Shown piece by piece: positions 56,551 to 64,000 of a stretch of 64,000 bases of DNA (position 1 is the first letter of the stretch; each line of letters starts with the position of its first letter). The notes below the pieces were generated by a model, which worked only from the letters and a program-made list of their open reading frames with translations, was not told where the DNA came from and ran no database searches. The DNA lies in contig DKCV01000016.1 in the NCBI GenBank assembly GCA_002449265.1, positions 28,718 through 92,717 of the forward strand, written 5' to 3'. Made by a program: the position numbers and the translations under genes. This DNA is from Bacillales bacterium UBA6865. Lineage in GTDB: Bacteria > Bacillota_I > Bacilli_A > RFN20 > CAG-826.

Positions 56551-57343
56551 TGACGTATTCTAGCCTGATGTCTTCTGGCCATACGGGGAATTCTTCTTGG
56601 GGTTCCTTGTTTAAGTAACAATAAAAATTAATGGAGCTTTCCTCAAAATAGTAGTCCCAAGCATCCTCCCAAATGAAAACGGAGAGGACCTCAAATGTCT
56701 TGCCCTCTTTTGAATGATATAGCCATGGCCCGTATTTTTCTCCGGGTTTAGGGATAGAAGCAAGAAAAGGCATTCCGTATTCGTAAGTCCTTGTCGCATA
56801 TTCTTTGGCTTCTATTCTTGCTTCTAGTTCGTTTAACCCTCCGTTTACGAGAAAGAAATGCACCGTGTAATGGATTGGCTCGATTTTGGCGTAAAGAGTC
56901 ATATCGTCTTCGACCGTTTGGGAAAAATCCCATTTCGTGATGAATTCTTGGTCAAGATACCAACCAAGTATTTTCGCTCGCGAACATTGCGGTTCGATTA
57001 ATTTCTCTCCTTTTTCGATGGTTTGCGTGTCCATCTCGATTTTGTTGAAAAATAATTCGATGTCCAATTCTTCAACGGTGTCGCTTTCCATTAGTGATGA
57101 GTTTGCTGGCTCATTTATCGGTTCTAGGCTCAGCGATTCACCCTCGTCATTTTCTTCAAGCGAAGAGGCGTTTATGGTTTTCGTTTCCATTTTGCTTGAA
57201 GTCAAGGAATCTTTCTTTTCAAAAGAGATGCCGTTCCCTTCGCTTTTAGAATCTTCGTTTATGCAGCTATTGGACAAAGGAGAAATAAACGCGCAAAACA
57301 AGATGCTTTCTAGAATAATAACCGGCCGCTTTTTTCTTTTCAT
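56543..57343 (-). CDS. Small lipoprotein with a Listeria-Bacteroides-type repeat
   Basis: Start at the ATG at 57343 (MKRKKRPVIILESILFCAFISPLSNSC). KILGWYLDQEFITKWDFSQTVEDDMTLYAKIEP repeat. Convergent 8-nt overlap with 56089..56550. Confidence 0.7.
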   Translation of the reverse strand: MKRKKRPVIILESILFCAFISPLSNSCINEDSKSEGNGISFEKKDSLTSSKMETKTINASSLEENDEGESLSLEPINEPANSSLMESDTVEELDIELFFNKIEMDTQTIEKGEKLIEPQCSRAKILGWYLDQEFITKWDFSQTVEDDMTLYAKIEPIHYTVHFFLVNGGLNELEARIEAKEYATRTYEYGMPFLASIPKPGEKYGPWLYHSKEGKTFEVLSVFIWEDAWDYYFEESSINFYCYLNKEPQEEFPVWPEDIRLEYVTI

Positions 57344-57695
57344 ATCGATTATTTTTTCAAAAAACATCGATGTTTTCTACAAAAAAAGAATCGCTCAAAA
57401 TCGATATTTAACGAATTTTCATTTCAGCATTTCGGAATAATATAGTTGAAACAAACCAAACCATATTTTGAGTTTTTTCTTATTTATGAATTACTAAAGC
57501 ATTTAATCAAATGGCCGAATTATTTTTTATCGCGATATTTGCTAAAATCTCTTGATTCGCTTTATTTATTCTAGTTTCGAGATTACTTAAATCGATGATT
57601 CCGCTTTAGGAGTGAGCCTCCGCTTTTCATTAAAATACGATTGAATGAAAGCGCTTAAAAACTTATACTAAACCCGTATAAGGAGACATACAAAA

Positions 57696-60600
57696 ATGTC
57701 TGAGATTAAAAAGACTTTTCAATCCGTAGACGGCAATACCGCGGCCGCTATGGAAAGCTACTACTTTTCGGAAGTGGCGGCGATTTACCCAATTACTCCG
57801 TCTTCTCCGATGGCCGAACTCGTCGACGTATTGGCGAGCAAGGGCGAAAAGAATTTCTTTGGTTCGACGGTAAAAGTCGTAGAGATGCAAAGTGAAGCTG
57901 GCGCTTCTGGCGCAGTGCATGGAGCTCTTCAAGCTGGCGCTTTAGCGACAACCTATACCGCTTCCCAAGGGCTACTATTAATGATCCCTAACGTTTATAA
58001 ATGGGTTGGAGAGATGCTCCCTGCGGTTCTCCATATCGCTGCGCGTAGCCTTGCCACTCGCGCTTTATCCATTTTTGGTGATCACGCTGACGTATATGCG
58101 GTCCGCCAAGCTGGCGCGACGATGATTTGCTCAGGATCGGTCCAAGAAATTGCTGACCTTGCTCCTGTTGCTCACCTCGTTGCCATTGATTCTTCTCTCC
58201 CAGTCATTCATTTCTTTGATGGCTTTAGAACATCTCACGAAGTTCAAAACGTGGAATTCGTGGATAAAGAAGAATGGAAGAAACTTCTTCCAATGGACAA
58301 AGTCGAAGCGTTTAGAGCAAACGCGCTTAATCCTCACACTCACCCTGTGACACGCGGTGGAGCGGAAAACGACGACGTTTATTTCCAAGCCCGTGAGGCG
58401 CAGAACCTCAATCACGAAAACGTGATTCAAGTCGCGACAAAATATTTTGAAGAAGCAACTCGCTTAACTGGGCGCTACTATGCCCCGTTTGTTTATTGCG
58501 GCGATCCTAAGGCGACCAAAATTATCATTGCGATGGGTAGCGTTACCGAAACGGCGAACGAAGTTGTGGATGCCCTCAATAAAAAAGGTGAGAAAGTCGG
58601 CTTAGTCAAAGTCCATCTTTATCGTCCGTTTAGCGTCAAATTATTGTCGAGCGTGATTCCTTCCACTGTGAAAAAGATTGCCGTCCTTGACCGCACGAAA
58701 GAAGATGGCGCGGAAGGGGAACCGCTTTATTTAGACGTTGTTGCTGCTTTAAAACAAATCGGGCGTAATGATATTGAAGTGCTCGGTGGGCGGTATGGGC
58801 TTAGCTCCAAAGATACCCAACCAAAAGACATCAAGAGCGTTTTCGATTTTTTGGATAATAAAGACCATTGGACTGGTTTCACGGTTGGAATCCATGATGA
58901 TGTCACCCATTTATCTATCCCAGTCGACGAAGATTTCCTCATCGATCATGACTATACTTCTTGTTTATTCTATGGCTTAGGGAGCGATGGCACGGTCAGC
59001 GCGAACAAGAGTTCCATCAAGATTATCGGCGATGCGACCCATCAATATGCTCAAGCCTATTTCCAATACGATTCGCGAAAGAGCGGTGGAGTAACACGCA
59101 GTCACCTCCGCTTTGGAAAAACGCCAATTCATAGTGAATATTATGTGAAAGACGCTGATTTCATTTCCTGCAGTTTAGATAGCTACATCATGCAGTTTGA
59201 TATCATCAAGAATTTAAAGGTTGGCGGTACTTTCCTTCTCAATACCGATATGAGTGACGAGATGCTTTATAAAGTCATGCCAAACCGCATGAAGCATCTA
59301 TTAGCGAAAAAGAAAGCCAAATTCTACGCGATTGACGCAAATAAGATTGCTGCTGAAATCGGCATGGGACGTCACACAAATACCACCCTTCAGGCTTCTT
59401 TCTTCAAATTGAACGAGCAAATCATGCCATATAGCGAAGCGCAAAAGTGGATGAAAAAGTTCGCGGAAAAGAGCTATGCGAAAAAAGGACAAGCGGTTGT
59501 TGAACTTAATTACAAAGCGATTGACGCTGGCGCAGAAGGATTACGCGAAGTTAAGGTGGATCCTGCTTGGATTAATCTTCCTATCGCACGTAAGAAGAGC
59601 GAAACCGGCGATGAATATCGCGATGAATATTACAATGTCATGGGAGCGCTCGATGGTGATAACTTGCCAACAAGCATCTTCCGTCAATTCGACCTTCTCG
59701 ATGGTTCGATGAGACCAAATGCGACATTCTTAGATAAGCGCGCTATCGCAGCCGTCGTTCCAGAATGGAATCCACAATATTGTATTGAATGTAATCAATG
59801 CGCCTTTGTTTGCCCCCACGCGACAATTCGTCCATTCCTTCTTGATGAAAAAGAAGTGGAAAATGCGCCAGATATCGTGAAGTCTGGCCTAAAAGACGCG
59901 ATGGGTGGACCAATGGTAAAAGGATTAAAATATCGCATTCAAGTATCTACCGAAAACTGCGTAGGATGCGGCTTATGCGCAAGCGAATGTATGGCCAACC
60001 AAACCGCCAAGCGACTTGGCAATGACCACTTTGCCCTAAAGATGGTGGAGGCTAGAAGCCAATTTGGCCAAGAAAAAGGCGCAGATTATTGCTATAAGCA
60101 CGTCACTTATAAGAGCGATAAATTCCCTCTTACCTCTCCAAAAGGCGTTGGTTTCTTAATGCCTTATATGGAGGTGAGCGGGGCTTGCGCAGGATGTGGA
60201 GAAACCCCATATTATCGCTTGCTTTCTCAACTATTTGGCAAAGATATGCTTGTAGCGAATGCGACGGGCTGCTCTTCTATTTATTGTGGTTCAACTCCTC
60301 TTACCCCATTCGTCAAAGACAAAGACGGCAATGGTCCAGCTTGGGCGAATAGCTTATTCGAAGATAATGCCGAATATGGTTTTGGCATGAGAATCGCTAA
60401 CGATTACAAAATGATGCAAATCATTCGTATCCTCGATAATGCGATTGCTGCGAGTGACGTTTCTAGCGAACTCAAGGAAGTAGCGAAGAAATACCTCGAT
60501 AATATCAAGAATCGTGACGTAACTAGAACTCTTGCCCCACATCTTATGAAACTTGTTTCTATGAGCAAAAACGCCGCAGTCAAAGAACTCAAAGAATACG

Positions 60601-61265
60601 AGCGCGACTTAATCGATAAGAGCGTTTGGATTGTTGGAGGAGATGGTTGGAGCTATGACATTGGCTATGGCGGACTTGATCACGTTTTGGCCAATGAAGC
60701 CGATGTCAATGTGATGGTTCTCGATACTGAGCTTTATAGTAATACAGGTGGTCAAGCATCAAAATCCTCGCAAACTGGCTCTATTAATAAGTTCACTGCT
60801 TCTGGAAAGAAAGAAGCAAAGAAAAACCTTGCGCTTCTAGCTATGGCGTATGGACATGTCTATGTTGCTCAAATTAGCTTAGGTGCGAATCCAATGAAAG
60901 CAATTCAAGCCCTTAAAGAAGCAGAATCATACCATGGTCCATCCTTAATTATTTGCTATTGCCCATGCATCAACCATGGCGTTAAAGGCGGACTTACCAA
61001 TTCCATCAAAGAGGAAAAGGATGCGGTTGAATGCGGATACTTTGTCCCATTCCGTTACGACCCCCGTAAACTCGAAGAGGGGAAGCCAGCGCTTGAATTT
61101 GACGCTCCAGAGCCACATTTTGAGCATCTCCGTGACTTCGTGATGCATGAAACGAGATTCGCACAACTCCCGGTGGTCAATCCTACCCACGCTGACGAAT
61201 TGCTCTCAAAATGCGAGAAATACGCCCGTCAACGTTACGAAGCCGTTAAAAAGTTCGGCCTCTAA
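57696..61265 (+). CDS. nifJ: Pyruvate:ferredoxin (flavodoxin) oxidoreductase, single-polypeptide NifJ/PFOR type
   Basis: 1189 aa with SD AAGGAGA. Two 4Fe-4S motifs CIECNQCAFVCP and CVGCGLCASEC. TPP-binding GGDGWSYDIGYGGLDH. Length and domain order are typical of PFOR. Confidence 0.95.
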   Translation: MSEIKKTFQSVDGNTAAAMESYYFSEVAAIYPITPSSPMAELVDVLASKGEKNFFGSTVKVVEMQSEAGASGAVHGALQAGALATTYTASQGLLLMIPNVYKWVGEMLPAVLHIAARSLATRALSIFGDHADVYAVRQAGATMICSGSVQEIADLAPVAHLVAIDSSLPVIHFFDGFRTSHEVQNVEFVDKEEWKKLLPMDKVEAFRANALNPHTHPVTRGGAENDDVYFQAREAQNLNHENVIQVATKYFEEATRLTGRYYAPFVYCGDPKATKIIIAMGSVTETANEVVDALNKKGEKVGLVKVHLYRPFSVKLLSSVIPSTVKKIAVLDRTKEDGAEGEPLYLDVVAALKQIGRNDIEVLGGRYGLSSKDTQPKDIKSVFDFLDNKDHWTGFTVGIHDDVTHLSIPVDEDFLIDHDYTSCLFYGLGSDGTVSANKSSIKIIGDATHQYAQAYFQYDSRKSGGVTRSHLRFGKTPIHSEYYVKDADFISCSLDSYIMQFDIIKNLKVGGTFLLNTDMSDEMLYKVMPNRMKHLLAKKKAKFYAIDANKIAAEIGMGRHTNTTLQASFFKLNEQIMPYSEAQKWMKKFAEKSYAKKGQAVVELNYKAIDAGAEGLREVKVDPAWINLPIARKKSETGDEYRDEYYNVMGALDGDNLPTSIFRQFDLLDGSMRPNATFLDKRAIAAVVPEWNPQYCIECNQCAFVCPHATIRPFLLDEKEVENAPDIVKSGLKDAMGGPMVKGLKYRIQVSTENCVGCGLCASECMANQTAKRLGNDHFALKMVEARSQFGQEKGADYCYKHVTYKSDKFPLTSPKGVGFLMPYMEVSGACAGCGETPYYRLLSQLFGKDMLVANATGCSSIYCGSTPLTPFVKDKDGNGPAWANSLFEDNAEYGFGMRIANDYKMMQIIRILDNAIAASDVSSELKEVAKKYLDNIKNRDVTRTLAPHLMKLVSMSKNAAVKELKEYERDLIDKSVWIVGGDGWSYDIGYGGLDHVLANEADVNVMVLDTELYSNTGGQASKSSQTGSINKFTASGKKEAKKNLALLAMAYGHVYVAQISLGANPMKAIQALKEAESYHGPSLIICYCPCINHGVKGGLTNSIKEEKDAVECGYFVPFRYDPRKLEEGKPALEFDAPEPHFEHLRDFVMHETRFAQLPVVNPTHADELLSKCEKYARQRYEAVKKFGL

Positions 61266-61280
61266 TTCATTTTCAAAGTT

Positions 61281-61322
61281 AGAAATCGCGTTCTCTATTG
61301 GCGCGGTTTCTTTCTTTTTTTG
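61281..61322 (+). terminator. Rho-independent terminator after nifJ
   Basis: GAAATCGCG...CGCGGTTTC stem (one G.U) followed by TTTCTTTTTTTT. Confidence 0.7.
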
Positions 61323-61425
61323 TTCTTTGCGATAAAGAAACATCTACTGCGAAAATGGCAGTTAACGGTATATTTTTCTTCAAATTTCAAAAAATATCCC
61401 CTTAACGGGCGATTTCGGCATATTT

Positions 61426-61466
61426 AAAGAAAAAGAAAACCCCATGGATTTAGGCAAATCATGGGG
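61426..61466 (-). terminator. Rho-independent terminator after tRNA-Pro
   Basis: Minus strand CCCCATG-atttgcctaaatc-CATGGGG followed by TTTTCTTTTTCTTT. Confidence 0.7.
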
Positions 61467-61481
61467 ATATTTCAATACGAA

Positions 61482-61558
61482 TGGTCGGAACGATGAGATT
61501 TGAACTCACAACCTCTTCCACCCCAAGGAAGCGCGCTACCAAGTTGCGCTACGTCCCG
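61482..61558 (-). tRNA. tRNA-Pro (anticodon GGG), CCA encoded
   Basis: Hand-folded. Acceptor CGGGACG/CGTTCCG (one G.U), D arm GCGC/GCGC, anticodon stem CTTCC/GGAAG with loop TTGGGGT, T arm GTGAG-TTCAAAT-CTCAT, then ACCA. Confidence 0.85.
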
Positions 61559-61569
61559 AACGCTCAACT

Positions 61570-61575
61570 ATTATA
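61570..61575 (-). promoter_or_regulatory. Candidate -10 box (TATAAT) of tRNA-Pro
   Basis: The minus strand reads TATAAT 11 nt upstream of the tRNA 5' end. The -35 box is poor. Confidence 0.35.
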
Positions 61576-61653
61576 ACGACAAGAAATCTAATTTCCACCT
61601 TGAGAGAGTTTCTTGAATGAGATTTTGCAAATACTCATTATAATTTAGTGCAT

Positions 61654-64000
61654 ATGGATTCAAGAAATTACATTATTGTTAAAGGTGCTCGCGAAAATAA
61701 TTTGAAAAACATCGATGTCACCGTTCCTAAAAATACCCTTACTGTCTTCTCTGGATTAAGCGGAAGCGGAAAAAGCACACTCGCGTTTGATACGATTTAT
61801 GCGGAAGGGCAAAGAAGGTATGTTGAGTCTCTTTCTCCTTATGCCCGCCAATTTTTAGGCGGAGTAGATAAACCAGACGTCGATAGTATTGAGGGATTAT
61901 CTCCTGCGATTTCTATTGATCAAAAAACAACTTCTCATAATCCGCGATCAACCGTAGGAACCGTTACCGAAATCTATGATTTTTTAAGATTGCTTTTTGC
62001 GCGTGTTGGCGTTCCTTATTGCCCAACGCATAACATTCCGATTGTCTCTTTTTCTCCAACAGCAATCGTTGACATCATCATGAAACACAAACTAGGAGAA
62101 AAGATTCAACTCCTCGCTCCAATCGTAAAACACGAAAAAGGAACGCAAAAAGCGGTTATTGATAAATTAAAGAGCCAGGGTTTTGCGCGTGTTAGGGTGG
62201 ATAAAGAAATTAAGCTTCTTGACGAAGTAACTGACTTAGACAAAAACAAACGTCACGACATCGATTTAGTGATTGACCGTCTTATCATGAAAGAAGATAT
62301 TCGTAGTCGTGTATCGGATGACGTTACTATCGCTTTAGACCATGGGCATGGAGAAATTATCATTCTTTCGGAAGAGGGGGAGCGGCTTGTGTCTAGCAAT
62401 CACACATGCCCAGAATGTGGATTCAGCGTTCCAAAACTAGAACCGCGTTTATTCTCCTTTAACGCCCCACTAGGGTATTGCGAAGCTTGCAAGGGCTTAG
62501 GCATCAATCGCTCGGTCGCTGAAGATTTGCTCGTTCCTGACCCAAATAAAACCATTAACGAAGGAGCGATTCGTTACTTTAAAAACGTCGTGGGGACAAG
62601 CAACATCGAGTGGCAAGATTTTTGCATTTTAATGGATACTTACCATATCCCTTATGATGTACCTTGGAAGGATTTATCGAAGGAACAAAAACATTACATC
62701 CTTTATGGCAGTGAGCATGAAGTAACGAGAGAAATTCACACTTCTGGCGGGAATATCATGCATAAACGGGGTGTTTTGGAAGGGGTAAAAACCAAAATCG
62801 AGCGGCTTTACGCCAACACAACGTCTAAATGGATGTTTGATTATTATGAGTCTTTTATGCGCGATAGCATTTGCGAACATTGCCATGGGGCTCGCTTAAA
62901 CGAAAAAGCGCTTGCCGTTAAGGTAAATGGCTTAAATATTTATGAGGTAACTTGTCTTCCGATTGACCGTTTGCTCACGTGGGTGAACCAAACGAAAGAA
63001 ACGCTGAGCGAGAATCAATTAAAGATTGCCGATTTGGTACTTAAAGAAATCTATAACCGCGCAAAATTCTTAAGCGATGTTGGCTTAGATTATTTAACTT
63101 TGTCGCGTCTAGCGATGACTCTTTCGGGAGGGGAAAGCCAAAGAATTCGTTTGGCTACTCAAATCGGAAGCCGTCTTTCTGGTGTTCTTTACGTTCTTGA
63201 TGAGCCTTCTATCGGTTTACATCAACGCGACAACGCAAAGCTAATCGAAACTCTAAAGGAAATGCGCGATTTAGGGAATACCTTAATTGTAGTGGAACAC
63301 GATGAAGATACGATGAGGGCTAGTGACTATATGGTCGATGTTGGCCCTGGCGCTGGGGTACATGGCGGGCAAATCGTTGCGAGTGGAACAGAAAAAGAAG
63401 TGGAGAATTGCAAGGATTCTATTACTGGAGATTATCTTTCTGGGCGAAAATACATTCCTGTTCCGAGTAAAAGAAGAAAAGGAAATGGCAAGAAAATTGT
63501 CTTAAAAGGCGCGAAATGCCATAACCTTAAAAACATAAACGTCACTTTCCCGCTCGGGGAATTTATTGCCGTCACTGGCGTGTCTGGTTCTGGGAAATCT
63601 TCTTTGATTAATGAAACACTAACCAAAGCGATTCAAAAGAAACTGTGCGGCGTAGAAACTTTCCCTGGCGAATATTCTTCGCTCACCGGCCTAGAAAATA
63701 TCGATAAGCTTGTGAATATTTCGCAAGAACCAATTGGAAGGACGCCTCGGAGTAATCCGGCGACTTACGTGAAGGTATTCGATGATATCCGCGCTTTATT
63801 TGCCGAAACCGAAGAAGCGCGAGCTAGAGGCTTTGACAAAGGAAGATTCTCTTTTAATGTTCCTGGCGGTAGATGCGAAAAATGCCAAGGAGCGGGTGTA
63901 ACTTACGTTCCGATGAATTTCCTTCCCGATGTTTATGTAAAATGCGATGAATGCGACGGGAAACGTTATAACGAAGAAACGCTATCTTGCCTATACAAAG
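61654..64000 (+). CDS. uvrA: Excinuclease ABC subunit A (5' partial; runs off the window)
   Basis: MDSRNYIIVKGARENNLKNIDVTVPKNTLTVFSGLSGSGKSTLAFDTIYAEGQRRYVESLS..., LSGGESQRIRLATQIG, second Walker A GVSGSGKSS. The frame is open from 61621 to the window end. Confidence 0.95.
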   Translation, partial: MDSRNYIIVKGARENNLKNIDVTVPKNTLTVFSGLSGSGKSTLAFDTIYAEGQRRYVESLSPYARQFLGGVDKPDVDSIEGLSPAISIDQKTTSHNPRSTVGTVTEIYDFLRLLFARVGVPYCPTHNIPIVSFSPTAIVDIIMKHKLGEKIQLLAPIVKHEKGTQKAVIDKLKSQGFARVRVDKEIKLLDEVTDLDKNKRHDIDLVIDRLIMKEDIRSRVSDDVTIALDHGHGEIIILSEEGERLVSSNHTCPECGFSVPKLEPRLFSFNAPLGYCEACKGLGINRSVAEDLLVPDPNKTINEGAIRYFKNVVGTSNIEWQDFCILMDTYHIPYDVPWKDLSKEQKHYILYGSEHEVTREIHTSGGNIMHKRGVLEGVKTKIERLYANTTSKWMFDYYESFMRDSICEHCHGARLNEKALAVKVNGLNIYEVTCLPIDRLLTWVNQTKETLSENQLKIADLVLKEIYNRAKFLSDVGLDYLTLSRLAMTLSGGESQRIRLATQIGSRLSGVLYVLDEPSIGLHQRDNAKLIETLKEMRDLGNTLIVVEHDEDTMRASDYMVDVGPGAGVHGGQIVASGTEKEVENCKDSITGDYLSGRKYIPVPSKRRKGNGKKIVLKGAKCHNLKNINVTFPLGEFIAVTGVSGSGKSSLINETLTKAIQKKLCGVETFPGEYSSLTGLENIDKLVNISQEPIGRTPRSNPATYVKVFDDIRALFAETEEARARGFDKGRFSFNVPGGRCEKCQGAGVTYVPMNFLPDVYVKCDECDGKRYNEETLSCLYK

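Noticed and set aside
62674-63626. Short ORFs inside uvrA (62674..62886, 63323..63505, 63432..63626)
   Set aside because: They are nested within the continuous, highly conserved UvrA reading frame, in other frames or on the other strand.

Overview
Low-GC (about 40% by eye) Firmicutes/Mollicutes-like chromosomal segment that uses standard stop codons: TGA terminates the first gene, and the long conserved genes (pyruvate:ferredoxin oxidoreductase, ABC ATPases) have no in-frame TGA. The window is dominated by exported lipoproteins. Seventeen ORFs carry a signal peptide plus lipobox Cys. They include BspA-type LRR proteins, Big_2 proteins, Listeria-Bacteroides-repeat proteins and a family of uncharacterised 440-840 aa lipoproteins arranged in a six-gene minus-strand array (9.4-21.1 kb). 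Two paralogous, divergently oriented oligopeptide ABC operons are present: opp1 on the minus strand (26.4-35.8 kb) and opp2 on the plus strand (39.1-47.7 kb). Both show the same unusual features: 840-914 aa OppA lipoproteins, a ~245 aa loop in OppC, large insertions in both ATPases, a hairpin after oppA, and a translationally coupled small DUF3899-like membrane gene as a sixth cistron. opp1 is followed by an HExxH (M6/InhA-like) metalloprotease lipoprotein. Other content: an orphan AAA+ ATPase with a C-terminal D..ExK nuclease-like motif behind a palindrome-rich leader (7.7-9.2 kb), an RDD-family membrane protein, tRNA-Lys(CTT), tRNA-Pro(GGG), nifJ-type PFOR and the 5' part of uvrA. The accessory signals I rate highest are listed here. 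(1) A ~2.9 kb mosaic islet lies next to tRNA-Lys, bracketed by diverged ~125 bp direct repeats, and carries an ATG-less GC-rich AP2-domain ORF, an AT-rich DUF262/DUF1524 (GmrSD/BrxU-like) gene and an internally deleted IS21-type remnant. (2) A sharp GC-rich patch coincides almost exactly with oppA1. (3) A 1.3 kb non-coding gap between the two opp loci contains short repeats, hairpins and broken ORF fragments. No CRISPR array, rRNA or intact transposase/integrase was seen. All domain calls come from motif recognition by eye, not database searches.
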